A program made the position numbers and the translations under genes. This document shows positions 54,220 to 64,000 of a stretch of 64,000 bases of DNA, piece after piece. The DNA comes from Polymyxa betae A26-41 (Eukaryota; Protista; Endomyxa: Phytomyxea): positions 186,001 through 250,000 of the forward strand of contig RBZT01000546.1 in NCBI GenBank assembly GCA_003693705.1, in the 5' to 3' direction. Positions within the stretch are counted from its first letter, which is position 1. Each line of letters opens with the position of its first letter. The notes below the pieces were generated by a model, which saw only the letters and a list, made by a program, of their open reading frames with translations, was not told where the DNA came from and did not search any database.

Positions 54220-54677
54220 TTACAGATCGAGGCCTTCGTTTTCACGATCATCATTGCCATCTTGAATATCCTCCAAGTTAGGACCAGACTCAGGTATATA
54301 GACAGGTTGAGATTTTTGAATCGGTGCTTCGCCGTAGCCAGAAGCATGACTCCCACAACACTGCTCCAGCCTCTCTCTTAGCTTAGCAATCCGTTCTTCT
54401 TTCCTTTTAATCACGTCTTTATTCTCAATTCTGTACAATCAGGTTAGATTAGATGCGTCAGAAATCTATTATATACATCGCTTCATTATAAATAGGATCG
54501 GGAGGTGATGCCTCTAACAATTCCTGATAAAACAATTACGAAACCTGCATGGATGAATTGCGTTGGACACGTATGTACTTGGTTAGAACGAATCAAATGC
54601 TGAATCGATCGCTGTATCTCATCAATCTCTATGCGAATCAGTTCTGGATTCAGAGTCGTTTGCATGTTGTCTGCCAT
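54220..54677 (-). CDS. Small coiled-coil protein, possibly Tma17/Adc17-like, 3 exons
   Basis: EIQRSIQHLIRSNQEL...EA..ENKDVIKRKEERIAKL...EGLDL resembles the fungal Tma17-like pattern (NSIxHLxRSNxEL...GVYL tail). Resemblance is from memory, not searched. Confidence 0.5.
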
Positions 54678-54833
54678 TGCTTAAGCAAAAGCCTTGTTGG
54701 TCTACACAGTATAAACAGACGATATAATCTTTATGGTGATACGCAGTTTTATTTCCATTTTTAAATTGTGCTGGAGAGTAGGCAGACAAACCTTATAGGA
54801 GTATTATCATCAACAAGTCGTGGGATTTCGTTG

Positions 54834-55928
54834 TCACGGGTGGCTTTGGCGAGCTTCATTCGCATTTGCTATGACTGATGTCGGATTGTTCAACTCTCTA
54901 TCCTTCATGGAGTATTCGACAGCTTTAGGTGCACGGAATGGTGTTAGAATGTCATCCTGCTCTGAATAGGTCTGGAAATCAGCTTCGTCATTATCGCAGA
55001 CCCAAGCGTCGTCAACCTAAATAATGTAACAAATACCGTTTATCACACAATTTCTTGTATACCTGAAATAGCTCGCGAGCGATGTGCTTCACTACTCTTA
55101 AAATATGGCTGGCCTTTCCTGACCTCTTATGTTCGTTCTGTTTCGTGAGAAATCATCAGATTAACGTAATTTTGGATTGGTTAATTACCTTGAACGTTCT
55201 TCCGTAAATAGATTGAAGTCGAATCTTGAAGGCAGGTTTTTCGACATCTGTAGCGCCCTCGTTAACGGGTTGATGATATTCAAGAGCTACTAACATTGAG
55301 TATACAATTGCACGAACTGCAAGACTTTTCTTTGCTGCGAGTTCGCTGTTTTGGACAACTCTTTCGAGTAATGCAATTCCCCATTTAGCAATTGCTCGTT
55401 GAATGTGGAAGACATCCGGAGTAATGATTTGCTCAATGATTGAAGTTGCTTCTTTTAGCAATACTGCAGCAATGCAATCGACAAGAAGAAGATCTTGATC
55501 AGAAGTGGCAGATGTTAAATTGTGGTTGCTTGGCATGTTATTGAATATCTTGACTTTTGTTTCTTGCGTGAAGATTTGAGGACTGCAGAAATGGAATAGC
55601 TGCTTGAACTGCATCTGTGCTTGGGTTGTATATATAACTGACACCTAGCTATTGTTGATTTACAATTTGTCAGCAAACAACAGCATACTTGATACTGTTG
55701 ATTAGGAATGATATGACGCAGATAGGCTCGTGTTCCTGAATTGGATTCCGCCAAGATCCAATCGTGTCCATTCAATCGCCATTTCCGGCCGCTTATTCGG
55801 TAGTATACCTGGCACGAGTCGTTACTTTCAAGCCGCAGGGGTAATCCGGTAGTAGTTCCTATCAAAATTTTGATCGTATCTATCCCTTCGGTAAAAGCCT
55901 GAAGGCGAATCAAACCAGCCATAAACAT
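54834..55928 (-). CDS. Hypothetical protein with possible N-terminal FN3-like beta region, multi-exon
   Basis: ORFs 55515-55928 and 55156-55644 plus further exons ending TGA at 54834-54836. YLRHIIPNQQYQV is FN3-like (LxPxxxYxV). Confidence 0.5.
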
Positions 55929-56078
55929 AATACGAAATGATTAGCAATCCTGTCTCAGAGTCTCAACCCTAGAAAGAGATACCATAACTAACAACTGTTC
56001 ATATCAGTTTTTTTGATCTCAATGAAATCTGCAAAATCTAAATCTCTAAGCATGCAAACATGATTAAATAAGGCATCT

Positions 56079-58717
56079 TTATATGAGTAAAACCTCATCA
56101 TTTTGAGACCGTTCTATTCTTTCGTCAATCTTCTGTGCTACTGGTTTGACCTCCCTTTCCGATTCTAACGACGCCTATTATGAATATGAGATCAGTAGCC
56201 GTATGGAGAGAAACGCAGGATTACCAAAAGAACCATAAGGTCGCCATAATGAGATTTGAGCTCTTCATGTTCAGACTGTAGCTGCTCATAATTTTGTTGA
56301 AGTTCCTCGAAAGAAGCATGATGCTTCCCTTCCGTTAGACAGTTCAATTCCTTTTGCGCCAAATCCAGTCGATATCTTGTGAGAGCAGCTTCATCTGTCT
56401 TATCAGCTAATGCCTTTAACGCTGACGCCAAATCCGATTCCAGCTCTGCGATTTTGGATCTGGCCGCGATTAGTTCGTCTGATATTAACGACGACGGAAT
56501 CATTTTTGGTTCGGACGGAGCAGCATCGTCACGAAAAATAACCACCAAAGTGAGAATACGCGAATCACATAGATCAATAACTCGATTTGCTTGCTCAACA
56601 AAGTATGAGTCAAACAGCTGAAGCTTTGTGAGCAACATCGGCTCGTAAGACATCTCCAATCGCGGCTTTTGAAATTCTGCAGCTGATTGTAACATTGATA
56701 AACGCGACTTGAAGTTATCAACGCCGATTTGAACCATTATGATGCGATGAAGCAAAGAGTTGTAAATCTCAGGATCAGCCACATCAAGGCAGAAAGCCCA
56801 GAGCAGACAAGACAGCCCAGAAACTATGGGATCCATGGACTTCCACGATTGCCCAGCAAGGAGTGTTTCTGTAAGATGCGAGGCTTGCAATAGTGAATGT
56901 ACAGCTTCTTGAGAGCTAACGAGAAGTTCGCAGAGCAGAAGTAGTAAAGAGATACGAACGCGAGCATCCGCATGAGATGAATCAAATGCAACTTGAATGG
57001 TTCGAATGATGCTGTCAAACAAACGAGGAGCTGGTCTGTCATCAATTGGTACTGATAAAGCTGTAGTAAGAGCTATCTGCTTAGCAACATCATTACGACG
57101 CCTACAAGTGTTCAGTGTCTCTGCAAACGGGAATCTGACACAGCTTACGTTATGATAATTAGTATGCGACAGGTGGTCCAGAATAGTAAGCAGTCTCCGA
57201 GACATTTGATATCGTTTTGCCATCGAGACAAAGATTGAACCAACTCGGTTCCGAAGAGCCCGGTCCTATCAGAATCAGAATCAGGAGCCGGCGCCAAAGT
57301 TGAGACGGCAGATATTTGTGCAGGATGGTTTTGATAAAAAAAAGATTCCAAAACAAAGAGTGCATTGGAGCAGATAATGACATCGGCACCATTCATTGCT
57401 AAGCGAAGATGATAAACTGAGAGTGAGCACGAATTAATAGTGAGATCAGAAAATACTGAACATGAGCTTTTACAGCCAATAAGGGATCGACCGACAACTC
57501 TGAGAAGGGAACATTTCATTTCCAATGATACCATATCATGATCGATAACTTGATAAAGTGCATCAGCCATTCCTTGAGAAAAGAACTGAGATTGGAAAAT
57601 TCCTGGAATGCGACATACTTGGGAGATGACAGATAATGATAGTTCGAAGGAATGCACAATTTCTCGAGTAGATGATGATTCTACAGATTGTTCTGAATCC
57701 TGGTTCTCAGTTTTCGTAACATCATGAGAACCATTGCCACTTTTTAGAGCTTGCAAATTTAAGAGAAGGATTTTAGGAATACGCTGAATACAGCCTATTT
57801 CCCCAAAATACTTCACGTTGGAATCGGTGCCTTGAAGCAATAAAGCAATTAGCCTGTAGCAATCACAGGCAACAACTCCAGAGCCGCCCTCATCAGTGGC
57901 GATTTCTAGAAGTATCTCAAAAAGCCCATCAAAAACAGCAATCTTTTGTATGGTAGGATTGTCTTCAGCCAGCGCTTCGAGCAGCTAAAACAATCTTAGA
58001 TAACAATCAATAAAACATGAAACATGTTGAAATAACCAGAATAGCATCATTGCGAAGAATTTCTGGAGTGTTTATGAGAAGCTCCACGATGGATTTTACA
58101 AAACCAGAATGACAAAGAACGAATTCCTAATCCGTATAATTTAGGGATTATTTTCAACGGATTGCGATGCATTACTTGAACGCGAGTTCGCTGAAATTTC
58201 AGCGAGTTGAGAATTAATCGAAGAGCGAACAATCTAACCGGCAATGCACGAGGCTCAGTGAGACATTGATGGAAGTTGGTAAACAATCGGTCGCAATCCA
58301 GCATCATTTCAACATTTCTTGTAGCATATTCTTTTATATCCACAGTATCAACTTGCTCTGTAATTAAGCCAAATCAAAAACCAAGCTAAATGGTATGATA
58401 AAGCAATATATACCATCGGATGTAGTTCCCTCCGTTTTCTGTATTAAATCGCTGGTTAACGCTACCAGAGTTTTCATAATCTCAGAGCAGACGTCTTCAT
58501 CGTCTCGTTGATGATCATTCTCAATTATATCGACGAGTGCCTTGGTCAAGACCTCAGCCACACGAGATTCAGTAAGATCCGGAAGCGGCAGTTCAGCCAG
58601 CTGCTGAAGAGCATCGATCTTCTCATCTATAACAGTGGAGTGCTGGACTCGCGATAATAATCTATCTATGGATCGAACGGTGTTGGATGCCGACCCCCCT
58701 GTCAAGAAGGAGAACAT
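56079..58717 (-). CDS. USO1: Vesicle-tethering factor Uso1/p115 (armadillo head + short coiled coil), multi-exon
   Basis: SIDRLLSRVQHST..DEKIDAL, LLEALAEDNPTIQKIAVFDGLFEILLEIATDEGG..VVACDC..LL.GTDSNVKYFGEIGCIQRI, and a C-terminal coiled coil with DLMVLL. Confidence 0.85.
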
Positions 58718-58926
58718 GAGACAAGTGCCTGTCTATCAGCAGCTGATAGTTACTACTGATAGTTACTACTTGTAATTGTAAGCTGCTTGCTGGCAGTACC
58801 AGCATCATAGACTGATGACATTGGGACCCTTCAAGCAGGCCTCCGCTCCGCAAACAACCAAATAGGTAGCTACATATTCAATCGCAATAATACAACGTAT
58901 ATCATTACATTGGCGTTTAGTATGAT

Positions 58927-59889
58927 TCAAACGATTCGTTCCAGTTCGGTTGCATAACCAAGAGTGTGCTTCATAAGCTCGTGAGCAGGAATATAGAATG
59001 TCTGGTCTGCAGCCGGTCGAAACTCGATCGTGTTGTTCTTGATTTGCCAGCCACGGCTGGTGCAGAATTCGCCTAGCTTCTGTGCATCTGATAATTTTAA
59101 CAATTTCAGAGCATCGTTAACAGATAATTGCTGATATGCTTTCTCGGCGCATTCAGCAATGTTGTCTCTAGCAGCATTTACGAGAAAGTCGACAAAGAAC
59201 TTATATTCTGGGAATGGGACGTTAGAACTAGCGTCCCAAAGAGCTCTGTAACTTCCTTCCATTAATTCCTGCTCCAATGTAATGGGATATGCAATAAATT
59301 CGTTGCTGTGCGAATGAATTGGTAGAAGTTCAAACTCGGTATGGAATTCAGCGATTCGGGATTGTGCCAATAATTTGAGGAGATGCAGGCCCAAAATTGG
59401 CCATTTCTTTGGCGATTCAGGCAAGGAAGCGCTAAAAAACTCTGGCTTAAATTTTGGCAAAACGGCAGAACGAAATTTCCTACGCATAATCAAAGTAGTA
59501 GGGCTTCAGCTGGACAAAATTCAACTCAAAAGACTCGAGATCTTTCTGATGAAGACTAACAAGCACTGCTAACTCGTATCCCTGCCCTAAAAACCAGTTC
59601 ATACGAAAATCGAAGAGCAAATAATAGATGAATTACGAGCTGTTAAAAGATGCTGCCGAACTTCAGCATTATTGAGATCGACTGGAGGGGTAATAGGCAA
59701 TTTCAACAGGCTCAGCTAAAAAAAAAAAAAATGTCATTCCAAACGAATTGCAGATAGATACGAACTGATTAAGGGATATGGTTCACATACCTTGAAAGAA
59801 TTCACCAGAGTCTGGCATTTGTTGAAATCAGGGGTTTTGCTGGAGAAAGCGGCTTGTAAGTCCTTGAGAATCTTGGCACATTCGGTCAT
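58927..59889 (-). CDS. RPN12: 26S proteasome lid subunit Rpn12 (PSMD8), 4 exons
   Basis: QLKPYYFDY, LPESP...ILGLHLLKLLAQSRIAEFHTEFE, LEQELMEGSY, RDNIAECAEKAY and the C-terminus YATELERIV. Confidence 0.95.
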
Positions 59890-60010
59890 GGCTGGTGTGT
59901 AATGAGATCACAAGATAAACAAGTGACAAGGACCAGATAGACGATCAATAGCAACAGAGGCTAGATGTATAGAGATATGTGATACAATCGAGATGTCACG
60001 TAATTCCACA

Positions 60011-60044
60011 CTCTCACTCTCTCTCTCTCTCTCTCTCGCTCTCT
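60011..60044 (+). repeat. (CT)n microsatellite in the RPN12/CSN3 divergent intergenic region
   Basis: ctctcactctctctctctctctctctcgctctct. Confidence 0.9.
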
Positions 60045-60432
60045 ATCCCGTAGTTAGACTCAATAATCATACAATCAGGTTCACATTCTCATATGTGTGA
60101 ACTCAGTTCGGTTCCAAAAATTGATTGGTACATTTTCACTGAGATTCATGTTTATTTTCACTCATTAGATTGAGCAATGTTATCAGCCTTGCTTCATTCA
60201 ATGGCGTATCGCATTTTTTTAGAAAATAATACGAAGCTAATTACTGGAAGTTTTGCATTCAGTATAATGCATTACTGATTAACAATGAATAATTAATAGT
60301 TGATGTATAATTTCTGACAGGCTGCTAATAATGGAGTAGTGAAATCCCGTTGACACTATGTAGTGCGGTGTAATCGGTGTCGGCCGTCAGCCTCATTTGT
60401 TAGTTTCATAGAATTTATTCGCAAGTAGCTAG

Positions 60433-61924
60433 ATGCATCCAGAATCTCATGCATCTGCTAGTCCAAGGAAGCCTAATGCTGATTCAATGAAACATGTGAA
60501 GGAGGAGATGACGGTCAAGGCCGAGAAAAGCTTTCGTGATCACTGCTTCTTCTCATCTCTGGAACCCATCGTTCAGGTGTTTGTCCTGTAGGTCTTGTAA
60601 ATATCTTTAATTTTGCATTCATCTTGTTTACCTTTAGTTTAGAGATTCAATGCTGAGCGTAAAAAAGTTATCAATCGATTATCGTAAGGCGTTCCTCACC
60701 TGCTGTCTGAACTTTTTGAATTCGGCAAACAACGATTCCTTCGAGGCTGCACCCCCTAAAGGTTTACAGTACACATCTGGTCTGTAGCCGATTTTCTAAT
60801 TCTTTATCTTGAAGTGATGCATATCGTGCGCTCTTTTGTTCAATCTGATTTCATCTCGATGCCGGAAACTAGAGCCATTGTTCTACCTTTAAGGCGTTGC
60901 TTGGAACGTATTGTTGCTGATAGACATGCCATTACTGCCTTACATGCCGTCTTTGTCCAACTTTGTGTATCACTTGGTAAACTTATTGCCCTACGGGTGG
61001 TTCCCAAATATTTATTGTGAATGCTTTTCCAGATATGTATGATGTGGCATTGCCCTTGGTTTCATCACCTATCTATGACATTCATTCGACTTTTCTTCCT
61101 ACATCACTGGAGTATTTGTCGTTTCATTACTTCTCAGGACTCGTTTATGCCGCCTTCAAACGATTCGATAAAGCTTTATCTAGTTTTGATCTTGCCATCG
61201 GTGCCATTTCTGTCCAGATCAGCGCCATTCAGATTGCTGCATATAAGAAACGTGTGCTAATCGACATCATTGTGAATGGTTCTCATACACCATTGACCAA
61301 GCTAATATCTCCAATTGTCGTGAAAAACATCGAGACTTTATCAGCACCTTATCATCAGTTTACAGTTTCTGCTGCCCTTGGGCATCAATCGTTAGAAACT
61401 TCGTTTCGGGAGCATCAAGGCCAGCTTTTGCAAGATGGCAATATTGGCCTCGCCAAGCAGGCTCTCTCGTCTATACAGAAAATGCAAATTGCCAAATTGG
61501 CTGGATCATATATGACGCTATCGCTGTTTGAAATTGCCAAAATGATTGGCATCGAGAACTTGGCTTCTGTAGAGGACATTGTCCTCTGTATGATTGAAGA
61601 GGGTTCTATCAATGCCACCATTGATCAGTCCAGGCAGATGCTAACGTTCTTTGATGATTCCGGTACTTTCGCAGATCAGGTCTGTATCCATAGCATCCTT
61701 TAAGTTCTACACTTAAACTGGGAATTTAGGAATCATTGGATAAATTGTTCGAGCAGTTGCAAGAGATAAGTGCTGCTCACGATCGTGTTCTGGCTAAGAA
61801 TATAGCCTTAGCTACAGATAATAGGTTCTTATCCAAATCAGTTGAGAGCCATTCAAACCCTGAAGCTGGCATGTTTTCCACCTCAGAAATGCCTTTTAGT
61901 GATATGCATCAACTTTTTGGATGA
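60433..61924 (+). CDS. CSN3: COP9 signalosome subunit 3 (PCI domain), multi-exon; start approximate
   Basis: ITALHAVFVQLC, YLSFHYFSGLVY, SAIQIAAYKK, DGNIGLAKQ, IAKLAGSYMTLSL and MIEEGSINATIDQ. Confidence 0.85.
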
Positions 61925-62167
61925 TTCCTGTATTTGGCTGATGAATAAATTCCTGAGATGATTACTTTATTTTATATTATTTTGATAATATCGTATCAAT
62001 GGCTTCTTTCATGTACCAACTGTTCAGAAAACGTGAAATGTGAATCTGATACCTGATTGATCCGCAGTGTCAAAGATTTAACGTTTACGCTGTTATAGAA
62101 ATCGTTTTCCGATATTCGATTTGGGGTGACCTGCTTTTAACAGTATCTGTAATCAGCCATCTATTGA

Positions 62168-62788
62168 ATGGAGTCGACCATCTATGCCCAGGCTTCTTGC
62201 TCAAATCTCCATCCTGATTCTGATTTCTTTAACAATGCTCCAGTTATTCCCATTTATTCACTGCCTTTTGCCCCACCAGACCTTCAAGGTAGTTTGCTGT
62301 TCTATATTAATAAGTTATGCTTATCGCCTTGATAAGGTCAAAGGAAATCCGACCCATTTCAAGATTCAATATTGAATCTCAGCATTGTAATTTGAAATGA
62401 ATCTGCTTCGTTATGTAAATAATGACAAACTGAGTCTTAGGCAAGCCGAAATGCATCCGTATCAGTAGGAAACCAGAATCTATCCACAACCGGCAGAGGC
62501 AGATATACAAAATCATCTGTATTCGTTGAACCTTTTTCAATTCGTATTAACAATAAGCCTTCCTTGAAAGAACAATGGGAAAAAGAGAGAGCCGAGGTCA
62601 AAGCCAAGAAAGCAGCCAAAGAGAAACAAGCCAGCCAGCCGTTTGAAAACCCACGATGGGCAGAGCCTCAAATCTCCAACGACTCTGCTGACAGGATCAG
62701 GGTTTCATCGTCTTCCAGTCTTCATCGCAGAATCGTCACTAATCCGATCGACACTTCAAATGCCAGGCGTTTCAATCTTGATAACTAA
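62168..62788 (+). CDS. Small hypothetical protein, ~4 exons
   Basis: An in-frame chain can be built from ATG 62168 through GT-AG introns into ORF 62564-62788. No family recognised. Confidence 0.45.
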
Positions 62789-63062
62789 AATCTATATATA
62801 GGAGCACGCTGTCTTTGTTGGCCATGACGATTAATAATCGAATGCTGTTGTCGTCGTGAGTTGAACGTAGTCCAGTAAGATTATGTTGGAAATCAATTTC
62901 GATGAGCGTATATGCAAGGTCAGGTATGGCCAGACAGAACTGGTGTTGGCTAGTCGCACCGCCCAGACGTCCCTTTAGACTTATTGCGGAGGTGAAAGTT
63001 CTGACTGCTGCCAGAATGAACCGTCAGTCAAGCATGAGCGTCACCTCCTGCGTTCGGTCAAC

Positions 63063-63803
63063 ATGGCAACAAACGGCATGTCCTTCTTGCCATACATCGC
63101 TCATTTCCCATTTAGCATTGAACAGTCATCGACAACGGGAACCCGTTACTCCCTACCGATTCCATCCCTTGACAAGACTGCTGAGCGTTCCCTGATTCTG
63201 ATCATACTTTCGCGTATCACTTCCTTCATTGCATATCGCTTTTTATCGGCGTGCACGATTGTCGCCTTGTCACTCGACAGCCTAATGATGGCTCTGGATG
63301 CTGATTTCCCGTATGGATTTTGGATTTGTTTCTTGCCAAATTTCTCTAAGGTAAATGTTCTCAGTGACAAAGATGAATCGGTCATCCAGTGCAAAACTGG
63401 CAATGACAAAGAGAATGGACTGCGTCTTTCGTTTTCAAGCAGTAAAGTTGAGATGAGGCGGGATTCGATCAGCATCAAACCGTCGTCTAAAATTTCAGTA
63501 ATGGGGCCAAGGGCCAGATCCGGATCCGATATTGAAAAGATGTACTGCAAAATTTTCTTATCAGTAAATACAGTTCATCACTGCCGCTGTTCAAGGCATG
63601 GAATCAAAGCAAGCCTATCACCATCTGGTTTTTTTTCCAGATTGTTTAGACGCTTCAAAGCAGAATCGGATCCAGATGCGACCGTTTACACTGCTCCTTC
63701 TCTAGTTACAAGGTCATGTATGAATGACACCAGCAGTCGGAGATGGTTCTGGCCGGCTAGGAGAAGCAGGACATATTACACAGTGACGACGTCCAAGACT
63801 TAA
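63063..63803 (+). CDS. Hypothetical protein, 246-aa ORF with a hydrophobic segment
   Basis: Long ORF only; no recognisable domain. Confidence 0.4.
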   Translation: MATNGMSFLPYIAHFPFSIEQSSTTGTRYSLPIPSLDKTAERSLILIILSRITSFIAYRFLSACTIVALSLDSLMMALDADFPYGFWICFLPNFSKVNVLSDKDESVIQCKTGNDKENGLRLSFSSSKVEMRRDSISIKPSSKISVMGPRARSGSDIEKMYCKIFLSVNTVHHCRCSRHGIKASLSPSGFFSRLFRRFKAESDPDATVYTAPSLVTRSCMNDTSSRRWFWPARRSRTYYTVTTSKT

Positions 63804-64000
63804 TTCCTTAATCATGATTTGAATATTGGTGGTCTTCATTATGGCATTTTTGTGTCTAGATAACTTTATTACAGAACACTCAATGCACTTTGAAAGAGAC
63901 ATAAATAAATAATTAATATGATAGAATACATTTGAGTAGTTAATTCTACCGTGTTGGAGCGTTTTGGGGTGATGAAAAGAAGGCACTTTGCTGTACCGGA

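Noticed and set aside
59479-59490. Apparent in-frame TAG after YFDYA in RPN12 (readthrough or alternative genetic code?)
   Set aside because: It is explained by a GT-AG intron starting GTAGG that restores the frame to ASLPESP. Other genes use standard stops.
59718-59731. A14 run, considered as a possible retroposon tail
   Set aside because: It is the poly-T pyrimidine tract directly before the acceptor of RPN12 intron 1 on the minus strand.
63969-64000. GTGATGA box C-like motif at the window end (C/D snoRNA?)
   Set aside because: The window is truncated before any box D or terminal stem could be seen, and a 7-mer alone is not evidence.

Overview
This is gene-dense eukaryotic nuclear DNA (roughly 45% GC by eye) with many short GT-AG introns, mostly about 40-90 nt. 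It holds about 30 protein-coding genes, most of which the ORF track splits at introns. The intron style, the flagellar genes (IFT25, SPATA17, MAPK15) and the TTTTAGGG repeats suggest a zoosporic protist such as a plasmodiophorid (Spongospora/Polymyxa-like); this is inference, not verified. Recognisable genes: Gyp1/TBC1D22 RabGAP, MAPK15/ERK7, IFT25, THOC6, a UBE2E-type E2, SAPS/PPP6R, PRP18, CAP/Srv2, organellar LeuRS, DPH3, SPATA17, ALG11, USO1/p115, RPN12 and CSN3. The centrepiece is a ~17.4 kb gene for a ~5,600-5,700 aa HERC-like HECT E3 ligase with a possible myristoylation signal and many lectin-like folds (4 HECTD1-type discoidin-like repeats, jacalin-like, 2 LamG-like) plus 2 SPRY, RCC1, RanBP2 zinc finger and 2 UBA domains. 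Other oddities are a BSD + degenerate Gfo/Idh/MocA fusion, a 39-nt intron built from telomeric repeats, a compositionally inverted block (AT-rich exons, GC-rich introns) around MAPK15/IFT25, a dense CTCCGATA motif array, and a candidate recursive splice site. I recognised no rRNA, tRNA, CRISPR array or intact transposon. Gene boundaries were assembled by hand and are approximate.
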